Shown in pieces: positions 12,505 through 25,989 of a stretch of 64,000 nucleotides of DNA. The translations under genes were made by a program, and so were the position numbers. Source of the stretch: Leucoraja ocellata (taxonomy: Eukaryota); the NCBI GenBank assembly GCA_036785375.1, contig JAWMAR010000016.1:8060001-8124000 (forward strand). The letters are read 5' to 3'. How positions within the stretch are numbered: position 1 is the stretch's first letter; each line of letters begins with the position of its first letter. The notes beneath the pieces are model-generated. The model made no database searches. It was not told where the DNA came from and worked only from the letters and a program-made list of their open reading frames with translations.

Positions 12505-13446
12505 CCGGAAGTGGCGGCGCTGGGAACGGCTGCGGCTCGCCTGCAGTCCGTTTGTCTTTTTCTTTTTTGTGTTGTTTTTTTTTCGTTGTGTCTAGTTATG
12601 TTTTTGGTTTTTAGGCTGTGTTTATGTGGGGAGGGGGGTGGGGGGTGAAACGGGGGCTGCTGTCACTCCCTTCGGGGGAATACGACCTTTTTGTCGTATC
12701 CCCCTTCTTTGCCTCCGTCTACGCTGAAGCCTAGCGGAGCCGGCGACCTCGGGACTCTGGAGGCAGCTGACAGGACTCGTCCTGGGCTCGTTCCCGGCCC
12801 AGCCCGGGATGGAACGGTGCTCCCGTGAGAGCGGCCTGGTGAGGGGCTGGAGTGGCCCAGCCCGAGGGAGGAACGGCACTCCCGTCAGAGTGGCCCAGCC
12901 CGAGGGAGGAACGGCACTCCCGTCGGAGTGGCCCAGCCCGAGGGAGGAATGGCATTCCCGTCGGAGTGGCCCAGCCCGAGGGTGGAACGGTACTCACGTG
13001 AGGGCGATCCGATCCGGGGGCTGGGACGGTGCTCCGGTGGCTGGGACGACGTTCTGGCGGCGGTGTCCAGAGTCCTGGGTTCAGCCGCGGGCCGGCGGCT
13101 GCGTGTGCTGGACTGGAGGTGCGGCGGCTTCGACCACCCCGGGCCGCAGTGTTTGAACCGGCCCGTTCGCGGGGCTCGGTGAGCTGCGGGACTGTTTGTA
13201 CCATCGCCCAGTGGGGAATCGCCTCAGCGCAGAGGGAGAAGAGGGAAGAGACTGCAGCCCTAAGATTTTTGCCTCCACCACAGTGAGGAGGTGTTTGGAG
13301 GACTCACTGTGGTGGATGTTAATTTGTGTTTATTGTTGTTTATTATTGTATCATTGTATGTATGACTGCAGGCACGAAATTTCGTTCAGACCGTAAGGTC
13401 TGAATGACAATAAAGGAATTCAATTCAATTCAATTCAATTCAATTC
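12505..13446 (+). mobile_element. GC/CpG-rich non-autonomous retroelement with (CAATT)n tail
   Basis: Inserted in a Penelope repeat and non-coding. It ends in tgacaataaa plus (CAATT)n, like the Rex1-type 3' end at 16897-16940. Confidence 0.7.
12849..12996 (+). repeat. 38-bp tandem repeat, about 3.8 copies
   Basis: GGAGTGGCCCAGCCCGAGGGAGGAACGGCACTCCCGTC at 12849, 12887, 12925 and 12963. Confidence 0.95.
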
Positions 13447-13577
13447 ACCTTACCCTTCCATATCCCTGGACTCCCTCTCCCCTGACTCTCAGTCTGAAGA
13501 AGTCAAAACGTCACTCATTCCTTATCTCCAGAGATGCTGCCTGTCCCGCTGAGGAATTAAACTCCAGCATTTTGTGT

Positions 13578-13872
13578 TGAACAGCTGGGAAGAAACTATC
13601 CCTGAATCTGGAGGTGTGTGTTTTCACACTTCTATACGTTTTGGCTGATGTGGGGGGGGGGGGGGGGGCGAGAGAGGAGGGAGTGATCAGGGTGTGACTC
13701 GTCCTTGATTATGTTGCTGGCCTTGCCCAGGTATTGTGAGGTGTCAATGGAAGGGAGGTTGATTTGTGTGATGGCCCGGGCTGCATCCACAATTCTCTGC
13801 CATTTCTTGTGGTCTTGGATGGAGCTGTTCCCACACCATGCTGTGATGGATCCTGATAAAACACTGCATGGC
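13578..13872 (-). mobile_element. Rex1/Babar LINE 3' fragment
   Basis: SVLSGSITAWCGNSS...QRIVDAARAIT...IIKDESHP. Confidence 0.75.
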
Positions 13873-15062
13873 ACAGTAGTTTCATTAAAAACTCATTCAA
13901 AACAGTGTCTCAATCTTCTCGCCGTGACCGCTGAAAACCAGCACAGAATCACTCCCTGGAGCTGGAGTAACTCTTGTTTCTTGGTTTCCTGGTCCTCCAA
14001 AAAAATTCCAAATGGAATTTAAACGGGAGTGGACTCACCACCACCAAGCTCCAAACTCTGAAAAATCACAGTTTATTGCACTTTATCTGTTTATTTATTG
14101 TGTATATATATATATGGTTTATGGTATATAGACACACTGAACGTTTATCTCCTGTTCTGTATTATGTTTACATATTCTGTTGTGCTGCAGCAAGCAAGAA
14201 TTTCATTGTCCTGTCTGGGACACATGACAATAAAACTCTCTTGACTCTTGACTTGGACTTAAGCAAAAAAGTGTTCTTGGGAAATAAGAGCTACCTTAAA
14301 TTTAATTGCGTCTGATTGGGTACCTGTGGTAGGGTGAAGACTATTCCATGCTCTAATTGTGCGGGGGAACCCCATGGAGCAGCCAGCGACTCTGGATAGA
14401 AGAAATTGGGTGACGTTTCGGGTAGAGACCCTTCTTTAGATTTCCTCTGGTTTTAATTAGTTTAATTTAAAGATACAGTGTGGAAACAGGCCCTTCGGCC
14501 CACCGAGTCCATGCCGACCACCGATCACCTGCACACTAGCTCTATCCCACAACGCAAGTCAAGAGTGTTTTATTCTCTCACGTCCCAGTTAGAACAATGA
14601 AATCCTTACTTGCAGCAGCACAACAGAATATGTAAACATAGTACTCTGTAAACAATGTTATAAACAAAAAAACAAAACAATGTATATTTATATATGCATA
14701 TAAATTCTGCACCTATTTTCTATTTTCTATGGGTCTGAAAAAGGTTCATGTACACCTTCGGAATGTGGAAGGAAACAAGAGCACCCGGAGAAAGCCCATG
14801 CGAGCAAAGGGAAAAGGAGCAACCTCCATACAGGCAGCACCCATATTCAGGATCAATTCCGGGTCTCTGGCAATTTTAGGCAGCAACTTTATGGCCAATG
14901 TACTGCCCCATAGTCTTGAACTGAATTGAAACATACAGTCGCTGTAAAGGGAGACATAGCATCACTTAGAGATTTAAGACTGAAAATGGATAGTTTCTTT
15001 TTTTTAATCAGTAACCAAAGTTATCAACGTATAATTTTTTTGTGTGTTGGAAAATAAAATAT

Positions 15063-15295
15063 AGTGGCACAGCTAGTGGACTTGGTGCCTCACATGCCAG
15101 AGATCTGTGTTCGATCCTGTCCTCGGGCACTGTCTGTGTTGAATTTACACATTCTCTCTGCAAGCGTGTGGGTTTCCTCCCACATCCCAAAGACGCATTT
15201 GTAGGCTTTGTAGGTTAACTTGTCTCTGTAAAATTGCCCCTAATCTGTAGGGAGTGGGTGAGGAAAGTGGGATAACAGATCTTGTGTGAATGGGT
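15063..15295 (+). mobile_element. tRNA-derived SINE (HE1/V-SINE-like)
   Basis: A-box (GTGGCACAGCTAG) and B-box (GTTCGATCC) followed by the body shared with other copies in the window. Confidence 0.7.
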
Positions 15296-15419
15296 AGGCA
15301 AAAATCCTGGAGAAACTCAGCGAGTGAGGCAGCATCTATGGAGCGAAGGAAATAGGTGAAGTTTCGGGTCGAGACCCTTCTTCAGACTGATGTGGGGTGG
15401 GGGTGGGGGGGGGGGGGGC

Positions 15420-15967
15420 AGAGGCTCAAATCCTTCGATGTGCGCAATGATATGCTGTACATGTTTTACAATACTGTGGTTGCAAGTGTCTTTTTTACGC
15501 TGTTGTCTGCTGGGGCAACAGCATCAGTGCGCAAAACAACAGGAAGCTGGACAAGGTGGTGAAACGGGCTTGCTCAGTGCTGGAGGGGAGAGTGGACTCT
15601 GATGGATGTGCTTGAGAGGTGTATGAGGCGCAAGGTGCAGGCCATCCTTGACAACTCTGGGCATCCACTCCATGTAATTCTGGAGAGTCAAAAGTGCACT
15701 CGGAACAACAACCGGCTCCTCTCCCTGCCCTGTAGAACGGAGCGGTTCAGGAGATCCTTCACCCCTGCAGCCATTAGATTTTATAATACGGGGGATGCTT
15801 TTTGGATTTTTAAAAAATGGTTCATTATTGGTCTTTTTAAGTATTTATTGCTCTCGGGTATTGTCCACATTGTATTTTATGTATTTTCTGTCGGCGTTCA
15901 TTTTGAATGTGTGGGTTTGTTGGTTGGGGGCTTCTGGACCTGAATTTCCCTGAAGGGATCAATAAAG

Positions 15968-16002
<35 letters not shown>
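15420..16002 (+). mobile_element. Rex1/Babar LINE 3' end with (ATT)n tail
   Basis: MFYNTVVASV, ILDNSGHPLH and CRTERFRRSF, then aataaag plus (ATT)n. Confidence 0.8.
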
Positions 16003-16003
<1 letters not shown>

Positions 16004-16425
16004 GGGCAGCGGATGCAATAGATGAGGTTGGAGGAGCTGCAGGTGAACCCGCACCTGGAAAGACCGCTTGGGTCCTTGAATGGAGTCAAGGGGGAGGTAA
16101 AGCAACAAGTGTAGCATTTCCTGCAGTTGCAAGGGAAAGTGCCAGGAGAGGGGGTGGTTTGGGTGGGAAGGGACGAATTGACCAGAGAGTCATGGAGGGA
16201 GCGGTCTCTGTGGAAAGCCGACAGGGGAGGAGATGGGAAGATGTGGCCAGTGGTGGGATCCTGCTGGTAGACAAAGATGGAGAAAATCATCGGGTGAGGC
16301 ATAATCTATGGAGCGAAGGAATAGGCGACGTTTTGGGTCGAGACCCTTCTTCAGACTGATGTTGGGGGGGGGGGGGGTGCGGGAAAAGGAAAGGAAGAGG
16401 CGAGGACAATAAGTTGTGGGAGAGC
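16003..16425 (-). mobile_element. Penelope-like fragments
   Basis: PGTFPCNCRKCYTC...SSNLIYCIRC plus the terminal repeat. Confidence 0.8.
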
Positions 16426-16896
16426 TGGGAATGGAATGGGATTCACCATCGTGGAGTTGGCCGGCTTCGGAGCGTGGAGAGCTGTGGTGGCGCGCGGCTG
16501 CGACCCGACATCGGAGCTTCGGAGGCTCCAGCCACAGGCTCGGTGGACGGTGACATCGGGAGCTCGAGGGTCCCTGGTGAGAGACCGCTTTTTGGAGCTT
16601 CCGCAACGGCAACTTCTCCCGCCCGAATTGCGGGGTTGAAAACGACCCGGAGCGGGGCCTTGCATCGCCTGGCGAGGTTTTAACGGCCGCGAGGCTTGCC
16701 AGCACCTGCCGGGTCTCCAACATCAAGACCCGGAGCAAGGCCTTAAGTCATCCGGTGCGGCCTTAACGGCCACAGGACTTGCCATCGCCCGCCGGGGGCT
16801 TTAACATCGGGAGAAGAATGGAAAACGGGGGAGAGACAATGACTTTGCCTTCCATCACAGTGAGGAGGAGTATCACTGTGATGGATGTTTGTGTTA

Positions 16897-17897
16897 GATT
16901 CAGATTCAGATTCAGATTCAGATTCAATTTTAATTGTCATTGTCAGTGTACAGTACAGAGACAACGAAATGCATTTAGCATCTCCCTTGAAGAGCGACAT
17001 AGCAAACGATTTTGAATAAAAATAAATAAATAATAAGTGTCCGGGGGGGGGGGGGGGTGATTGGCAGTCACCGAGGTACGTTGTTTAGTAGAGTGACAGC
17101 GGCCGGAAAGAAGCTGTTCCTCGACCTGCTGGTTCGGCAACGGAGAGACCTGTAGCGCCTCCCGGATGGTAGGAGGGTAAACAGTCCATGGTTGGGGTGA
17201 GAGCAGTCCATGGCGATGCTGAGCGCCCTCCGCAGACAGCGCTTGCTTTGGACAGACTCAATGGAGGGGAGCGTGGAACCGGTGATGCGTTGGGCAATTT
17301 TCACCACCCTCTGCAATGCCTTCCGGTCGGAGACAGAGCAGTTGCCATACCATACTGTGATGCAGTTGGTAAGGATGCTCTCGATGGTGCAGCGGTAGAA
17401 GTTCACCAGGATCTGAGGAGACAGATGGACCTTCTTCAGTCTCCTCAGGAAGAAGAGACGCTGATGAGCCTTCTTGATCAGAGTAGAGGTATTGTGGGTC
17501 CAAGAGAGGTCATCGGAGATGTTGACTCCCAGGAACCTGAAGCTAGAAACACGTTCCACCTCCGTCCCGTTAATGTGGATGGGGGTGTGCGTGCCGCCTC
17601 TGGACTTCCTGAAGTCTACAATGAGCTCCTTGGTCTTAAGGGCCAGGTTGTTGTCAGCGCACCATGCTGCTAAGTGCTGGACCTCCTCCCTGTAGGCCAG
17701 CTCATCGTTGTTGCTGATGAGGCCAATCACCGTTGTATCATCTGCATACTTGATGATGGTGTTAGTACCATGTACAGGTGTGCAGTCATAGGTGAAGAGG
17801 GAGTAGAGGAGGGGGCTCAGCACACAGCCCTGAGGAACGCCGGTGTTCAGGGTGAGGGTTGAAGAGGTGTGCTTGTCTAACCTCACAGACTGGGGTC
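16897..17897 (-). mobile_element. Young Rex1/Babar LINE, 5'-truncated, with RT C-terminal ORF
   Basis: 272-aa ORF with GVPQGCVLSPLLYSLFT, KYADDT and AHQRLFFLRRLKK. (TGAATC)n tail at 16897-16926. Confidence 0.92.
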
Positions 17898-18349
17898 TGT
17901 TGGTTAATTGTTTGTCTTGGGTTTTTTTCTTGTTGTAAAACTGCAGAAACCAAATTGAACTTCAAATGACAATAAATGGTATTGTATTGTGTTCCTGTCG
18001 TGACTGGGATAACAGCAACACAATTGACTCTGAGCACAAGGTCTGTGGTAGATTGAATCTGGAATTTGTTGTGAACTGACTAAAGAAGGGTCCCGACCTG
18101 AAGCGTCATTTATGCATTCCCTCCGCAGATGCTGCCTGACCCACTGAATTACTCCAGCACTTTTGAGTTTTGCTCAAGAATCCAGCACCTGCTGTTTCTT
18201 GTGTTTGTCACAAACTGTGGTACCACTTGCAGTGTATGAGATACATCACACGAGGGTGGTGTTTCCATGCAGTGTATCCAATTCTGTGACTAATTTGCTG
18301 TTGCACGGAGTGAATGGGCAACATTTTGCTTCATTGCGGCTTTGATTTG

Positions 18350-19600
18350 CTCCTACTCTAATCAACCTGAGCAAGCTCCTGTCTAATACCATCAAAGTAG
18401 GCCATGCCCCAAGTCAGAATTTTAACTTGTGGGCCCACCATGCCTTTATCCATAACTATTTTAAAGCTGATAAACAGTGGTTACTGGTCCCAATGTCATG
18501 AGAGCAGATCAAGCTTGCCCTCCCCTTTGTAGGACCCTCTACATATACCCTGAGGAAACCTCCCTGAACACATTTGACAAATTCCACTCCGTCTAAGCAC
18601 TTGGCACTATGACAAACCCAGTCTATATTGGGAAAGTTAAAATCCCCTACAGTGACAACCTTATTAGTCGTGCAGCTGCCTGCAATCTCCTGGCATATTA
18701 GTTCTTATAATTCCTGTTTACTATTTAGGGGGGTCTGTAGTACACTCCAACAAGGTGAGCATCCCCCTTTTATAGTTCAGCTGCACCCATACAACCTTCA
18801 GTAATGTCATTTTGGACAACCGCCATGGCATTCTCCTTAAAGCAACATTCTCCTCCCCAAATAGACACAAAATGCTGGGGTAGCTCAGCAGGACAAGCAG
18901 CATCTCTGGAGAGAAGGAATGGGTGACGTTTTGGATTGAGACCCTTCTTCAGACCGAGAGTCAGGGGAGAAGGAATCGAGCTATGGAGGGTAAGGTGCGA
19001 AAACGACAGATCAAAGGGGACAAGGTTGAAGGAAAATGTATTTACCACTTCATTCCCTTTGATATCTCGTTTTCACATCCTAGCCTTCCATATCTCTTGT
19101 TTTCCTCTCCCCTGAATCTCAGTCTGAAGAAAGGTCTCGACACGAAACGTCACCCATTCCCTCTATCCAATGCTGCCTGTCCCGCCGAATTACTCCAGCA
19201 TTTTGTGTCTTTCTTCGGTGTAAACCAGCATCTGCAGTTCCTTCCTGCACCTCTTCTCTTCACCTCTCTTACCCCCAGGTCTATCTCTCCTGTAGCACCT
19301 GTACCCTGAAAGATGAAGCTGCCAGTCCTGTCCCTTTCTTAGCCAAGTGTCCATAACATCCACAGTCGCACGTACCTATCCATGCCCTGAGTTCATCTGC
19401 TTTACCCATCAGGCTTCTTGCATTAAAATAAATGCAATCAAATCCGACAATCCTATCTTGCTCCATGCCGTGCTCCCGTCTATTCTATCCACTGGCCATT
19501 CTTTCATCACCTTCCAGCCTCTCACCTGCATCGAAATCGACCCCCACATCCCCTTCCCTCCGCCAATCTAGTTAAAACCCAACCCTGTAGCAATGAAAGG
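18350..19600 (-). mobile_element. Decayed CR1 endonuclease region interrupted by a Penelope fold-back unit (about 18860-19250)
   Basis: CIYFNARSLMGKADELRAWI and a GDFNFPNIDW-like remnant flank an inverted pair of terminal repeats. Confidence 0.7.
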
Positions 19601-19799
19601 TTCCCAGTACTGTCAATGTTGTAGTGCTGTGGAAAGGACATTTTCTTTGTCAAGTTATATTGGGGAAATATTGTTGCATCAGTCACTGCTCTTTCAGTAG
19701 ATGATCAGTAGGAATCTCTATCCTTGTTACTTGTTTTACTGATAGTAAGACAGTAAATCTTACTCTAGTGGTGAGTTTGGGATGTTGCTTTGAGGAATT

Positions 19800-20160
19800 A
19801 ATAAGGTGATGAACCATAAGGTGATGACCTGTTGATGTATATCAGATTCTGAGAGGTATAAATAGGGTGGATAGTTAAAATATTTTTCTTATGGCTGGGC
19901 CATCTAAAACAAGACGGGCATAGGTTTAAAGTGAGTGGCAGGGGATTTAAAGGTGGTCTTAGGGGTAAAGGTTTTTTTTACACGGTGTTTGATATGCGGA
20001 ACTCACTGCCAGAGCAGGTGGTGGAATCAGATACAGTCAATATGTTTAAGAGGCATTTAGACAGACACTTAAATAGATAAAGCATGGAAGGTGATGGTCC
20101 TAATACAGACAAATGGGATTAGTGTAGATTGGCAAAGAGGTTTGGCATGGATGTGGGAGG
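19800..20160 (+). mobile_element. Decayed CR1 3' end
   Basis: Resembles the 3' ends of other CR1 copies (gggcataggtttaaagtgag...ggaactcactgccag). Confidence 0.65.
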
Positions 20161-23100
20161 TCAAATTGGCGTGCGATACTAAATGATCGAATGACACGAA
20201 GATAGTAATCAAGTTCAAGGGGAAAAGATCATCTACTTTGATGGGGATACGTGGGGAATGTTGGTGAGCTGGAAAAGACTCATGGAGTTACTCCATTCCC
20301 TCTGCACATATCATTCACAGAGGACAGTGAACAAAGCAGAACTGTCACATCCAAAATGAAAATACTGATACTATTATTACTGTAGTAGTAAGATCGAGAC
20401 AAATTAGATGCTATTGAGTTTATTAAGGCCAGAACCAGTGATGGAGATGCTTATGTGTTGTAGGATTATTTGATCTGGCACTTTCAGAGATGTTCACAGT
20501 CACTTATTTGATGTAGGTCGGCATAGGCAAGATGGGCTGAAAGGCCTCTTTCTCTGCTACATCACTCTATTTGCAGCCAGGCGCCAAAACAAATGCTTAA
20601 TGACAGTTTAAAGACAGTGGCTGGAAGCAGTAGCTTTCTGACCCTCGTGGACTGGGATTGTTTGGTTTGCAGGCCGGCAAGACAAGCTGCTTGGCATATT
20701 GGAGGGGGTGAGCAGAATAGCCACGGCATGGAAACTCTTTTGAAGAATGTGAAAGCGTTTTGTTCTGGACACAAGCATGAGGTGCAGGCTGGGAGCAAGT
20801 CTTGTGTTGGCAAATGGCAGCACAATCTCCTTTGCAGATGCTTCCTAGAGATGCTACAAGTGATTTTGGTCTCCAGAGATGGGACGTCTGCAAGTCACGT
20901 GGGTACAAAAGTGGCGGACCTTGCTATGGTCACAGCAGAAACCATGCGGCCTGAACGCCTACTCAGAATGTCCCTCTGTTTTAGTTATCACTGAACAGGG
21001 CATATTGCACATGTGCGCCAGTCCCACAAGAAGGTAACTGCATAGGGTGGTCCCCACTTGACCGAGATACCGGCGAGAAAAGGTGAAGAAAAAGTATGGA
21101 TGGTCTGCCTTTGAAAGACCATTCATGCCCTGAAATTGGAAAGCAGTCCGGCAGAGGCAGTCTAAAGGAAGAATATACCATCTGAAGTAGGAAGTGTGGA
21201 AATGTTTCTTGAAATGCAGGGATTTGTAGTGATGACTGTTGCAGTGTTTGATTGCAAAAGTTGTCTATTACTTGTTGCAAGTTTGGACGGACTGATATTG
21301 ATTCAGATATATTGAAGCCAAGATGCAGAAAAGGAAGGTGAGATCCATGGTGGTAAGTGACAGGCACTGCAAACCACTCAGAAAAAACAGCAAACAGTTC
21401 AGTCCGAAGAAGGGTCTCGACCCGAAACGTCACCCATTCCTTTTCATCAGAGATGCCATGCCTGTTCTGCTGAGTTACTCCAGCTTTTTGTGTCTTTCTT
21501 CAGTTTAAACCAGCATCTGCAGTTCCTTCCTACACATTCCTAAACTGTTCAGATCTTGGGTTCAACCCCAGTTTGGTGCCCCATACTCCCAGTTCCCTCT
21601 TCCTTTACTTTCTCCTAGTCCAGGCCTAAAGGTCCCCAGCATGTACGAACTCCATACACACAGAACTCATAGTCAGGATGGAACCCCGGTCTCTGACGCT
21701 GTAAAGCAGCAACTCTACTGCTGCGCCACCCTGATATGGTGCTCCTGTGGTAAATGTGGCTTTCCCTGTAGCTTACACCCAGTGAGAATCCTGCTGCTTC
21801 ATTCTCAGCTGTCGCGTGAAAATTCTTAGACACAGAGCAACTGTAGGGCAATAAAAGCATAATATATGCCGGTGTCTAGCAACCAGCTGAAAGGAAATGT
21901 GGAAGTGACAGTGGAAATGGGTATTTATAGGAGGGGAGATTGATTGTAAATAGTTAACATAGTGCATCCCTGCTGTTCTCCATATCGATGTAAAAAGATA
22001 ATCCATTCGATTCTACTGATCCCTGAGCCAAACAGTGTTGAGTATGGACAACTTGTAGGATCTGATACCCGGCAACAGGGTGATTCACCACACTCAGACT
22101 TTGCAGAAGGTCAGAAGAAGGGTGTGTGGAATGAAAGCAGGGAACATCTTGTCTGCAGCCATAAGCAAATGCCACAGTATTGATGCAGGTATCCCAAAAG
22201 TGCAGAGAACTGGCAGTGCTGAAAGTTAAAAGTCGTTTGTAAACGTAACCAAGATGAATAGTCATGCAGTGGATGTAGGAAAATTGTTAGATTTAGTCCA
22301 ATTCCATACAATAAATAAACACATTTTATTTGCATCTGTCAATTGTTTCAGTAGAAATAAGAGAATAAGGTGTCATTAGGAGTCAAGGCAAGTTGATTTG
22401 ATTGTCATTCGCACAAGTACAGTGAGGTGCAGGTTCAATGAAAACCTTAATAAAAAGGAATTGCAGATGCTGGTTTATACCAAAGATAGACAGAAGACGA
22501 TGGAGTAACTCAGCGGGTCAGGCAGCATCTCTGGAGAAAATGCATGGGTGACATTTCAGGTTGGGACCCTTCTTCAGACCATCTATCCATTTTCTCCAGA
22601 GATGCTGCCTGTCCTGCTGAATTACTCCACCATTTTGTGTCTAACGATGACAATCTTGCTTGTAGCAGCATCGCAGGCACAGAGTCTCAGAGAGCACACA
22701 AAAACATAAATGATACTTACATTTATAAATAAGGCACTGTGCAGTTTGGGGGGACTGGTTGCCAAAGTCCAGAACTGTCTTGTAGCACAATGTGGCCAAT
22801 CTGTAGATTAATAAGTTACTTCAGTTACTCATTTGTCCATTGGTGGGTTACATGCGTATACCTATAGGAAGTCCATTTACTTGCTCAAAGAGTTTCGTAC
22901 TTGATTGTTGGAACCAATTGCAATGCCCAGCTGGCAGGGATTGAACTTGAGATGGCTTGTATAGGTTGTTCATGGAAATGTTAGGCTAGCAGGGATGTGC
23001 TAAACATTACACCAGCAATACTGCCCTAATTGGTGAGTCCCCAGTTATCGGCCACTGTAGTTTAGTTTATTGTCACGTGCATCGCGGTACAGTGAAATTG

Positions 23101-24724
23101 TCGCGTGCTATCCAGTCAGCAGAAAGACGATACACAATTACAATCGAGCCATTTACAGTGTACAGATACATGATTGGGGAATAACTTTCAGTACAATGTA
23201 AAGCCAGCAAAGTCCGATCAAGGAAAGTCTGAGGGTCACGAAAGAGCTAGATAGTAGCTCAGCACTGCTCACTGGTTGCGGTAGGATGATTCAGTTGCCT
23301 GATAACAGCTGGGAAGAAACTGTCCCTGAATCTGGAGGTGTGCGTTTCCACACTTCTCTACCTGTTACCTAATGGGGGAGGGGAGAACAGTCTATAGATG
23401 ATAGATAATAGACCGCTTCCAGCATCTCAGCAGCCGTCTCTCAGTGAAGGCAGACCCTGATGATGAAAGGATGACCAAGGACGGTAGGGCTGTGTGGGAG
23501 GCCTGGCTAGTCCGCTGCACAACCGAGAAACCTGGCTGAAGAGGGAAGCCGCCGAGCCCGGCCCCTGAGCACCAGAGAACCGGAGAGGAGGCTGGAGGGA
23601 GTCGGCCATGACAAAGGGCTGGTGAAAGGAACAGGGCTCTTACCTTCCTCACCCTCAAGGTTGGCTACAAGCGGCGCCCCTGGGGCTCGAAGGCTGAATG
23701 GTGGCCTGGCGAGGAGAGGGCCGATGGCTCGCTGGGTGATCTGGATGGAGATGACGGCTGTAACAAGACAATGTCAGCTGTAGCTTGGACTTTGAAAATT
23801 GCACCAAACCTGGCGAGTCTTGTATATGGTCTCAGTCAGTCAGCTATTTCTATACACGTGGTTTTGATCTGGGATTGTGCTTATGGTATAGTAATAATTT
23901 ATTAACTGTATGCAAAAAATGTCACTGTACCTTGCTACATGTGATAATAAAGTAGCATTGAACCATTGAAATCTACCACCACTTTCAAAGAGCAGTGTGT
24001 GTGTGTATGTGTGTGTGTGCATGCATAGTTAATTTATAGGTGGTAGACAAAAATGCTGTGGGTGCAGCAGCATCTATGGAGAGAAGGAAATAGGCAATGT
24101 TTTAGGCTGAAACCCTTTTTCAGATTGTATGCAATTCATAGTTGATTTAGTTAATTGAGAAAAATGTATTTGAAGATCGAGACCAGATCTGAAATGAAGG
24201 TTTTCTACTGGGCTGCCGTGATCCCTGCCCTGCCCCATGCTTCTGAGACCTGGAATATACACAGCAGGCATCTCAAAACACACATGCTCTGTCATGAATG
24301 AATGAATAAGTTTATTGGCCAACTATTCACATACAAGGAATTTGCCTTGGTGCTCTGCCCGCAAGTGACAAAATGACATGCAGTGACAGTTAGGAATGAA
24401 TTAGCAGGGAATGGGATGGATAACAGTTATGGGAAGGAATTAGCAGGGAAACAGTGAAAAGGATTCAAGATTGTACACAAAGCTTCCTTGAGAATACCTG
24501 AGAATCCCTGGCCCAGAGTGGAAAAGAAACATTAGGGCTGACGTTGAGATCTTGAGGCCATTCATTGGGAGCACATGAATGTCCTGTGTTAGCACGAGCC
24601 CCACAAACTACCCAGTCACTATTTCCCATAGCCACCTCCTGCCCCATCTGGGGAAGAGTCTCTGGCTCTTACATTGACCTCAAAACCTGCAGAACCAGAA
24701 TGGAAGCAAACCAAAGACTTTGAC

Positions 24725-25020
24725 TTGAGATGCAGTGTGGAAACAGGCCCTTCGGCCCACCGAGTCTGCGCTGACCAACGATCACTCGTAATAATTTTTG
24801 CCATACACACCAGGGACAATTTATAATTTACAGAAGCCAATTAACCTACAAATCTGTACGCCTTTGGAGTGTGGGAGGAAACCGGAGCACCCGGAGAAAA
24901 CCCACATGGTCACGAGAAGAACGTACACACTCCATACAGACAGTACCCATAGCCAGGATCGAACCTGGGTATTTGGTGCTGTGAGGCACCAACTCTACTG
25001 CTGTGCCACCGTGCTGCCCT
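24725..25020 (-). mobile_element. Full-length tRNA-derived SINE (HE1/V-SINE-like)
   Basis: Minus strand reads GGGCAGCACGGTGGCACAGCAGTAGAG...GGTTCGATCC and ends in the CR1-like tail gggccgaagggcctgtttcc. Related copies lie near 14460-14910, 21640-21730, 30204-30480, 31765-32045, 35060-35330, 46870-47035, 58285-58580 and 61315-61590. Confidence 0.8.
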
Positions 25021-25685
25021 TCTTGATTCTACTGGACTGCCTGGCATAATGTTCGTTTGCATATCAGTTCAGTTTACATTTCCAAATCTGCTGATTTTAA
25101 CCACAGCTAATTTGTATGTTCGTACAGATGCTCATGGATCAGCTCTTGGTCTCAAGGGTGAAAGAGCAGAGCCTGACTCATTATTACTGAAGGTTGCACT
25201 CTTTCACTTCTGGCTTGTTGCACCGTATTCAGGGCAACTCCTCCCTTTTTTCCAGGCTTTTATGAGCAACCACTTCACAAAAAACTTTACTGGATCCAAA
25301 GTTGGATCACTGTTTTTGTTTCCTTTCCTAATTCAGGAGACCAACAGGACATTATGATAAACTAGATGCTTGATCAGTGTTAAACCTGGGCTCTTGTATT
25401 ATTAGATAGATACAGTCCAATGGTCATTACATTGCTCTGGATGGAATCCTCAATTAGACTTGCCAAATTGAACTCGTATTTCAGTGATGAAGTAGGTCGG
25501 AGATGATTCTCGATAGAGTTTCACTAGCAACGAGCGTTTGCAGTCCCAGCTTGTCACCAACGGCTATAGACAGGGTTTCTAAAATTGGAATTGGATCATA
25601 GACCATACACTCATACACCATGGAAACAGACACTTCAGCCCAACTCTTCCATGGCAACCAAGATACGCCATTTCAGCTAGTCGTA

Positions 25686-25989
25686 TGGCACTGTCCCACT
25701 GTATGAGTTCATTGTAGAGCTCCCGAGTTTGCCCTGATTCGAACTTGGAGATTTACGGTAATGGCCACTCGTAGGTACTCGGGGCTCTCGTGGACATTTT
25801 TCAAAATCTTCACGAGCCTTCGCGAGCTTACCGCGTTTCCCGAGTACCTGCCGTTAGCGTTACGAGCCACTGAGAAACGTCCCGAGCTCTGACGTACCCA
25901 CTACGTACATTCTACGTGCTTCCACGAGTTTGATTTTTTTTTAAACTCGGGAGAGCACTTGAATGAACTCGTACAGTGGGACAGGGCCA
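25686..25989. mobile_element. PIF/Harbinger-like MITE
   Basis: TIR TGGCaCTGTCCCACTGTAtGAGTTCATT...AATGAACTCGTACAGTGGGACAGGGCCA, flanked by GTA/TTA, inserted in a LINE tail. Confidence 0.75.

Larger units (their letters stand above)
12145..13580 (+). mobile_element. Penelope-like 3' fragment split by a younger insertion
   Basis: EHNLIFHLGILQ remnant. The terminal repeat breaks at gttttcaca (about 12500) and resumes at accttacccttcc (about 13447). Confidence 0.75.

Noticed and set aside
12849-12996. CRISPR-like array (palindromic ~38-bp repeats)
   Set aside because: Units are directly adjacent with no unique spacers, there are no cas genes, and the context is a vertebrate retroelement.
20562-21340. 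Cluster of 70-150 aa ORFs, possible gene or old LINE
   Set aside because: No motif or splice structure I could support; left unassigned.
24940-25020. tRNA genes at A/B-box motifs
   Set aside because: No full cloverleaf, and each continues into a SINE body and LINE-like tail.
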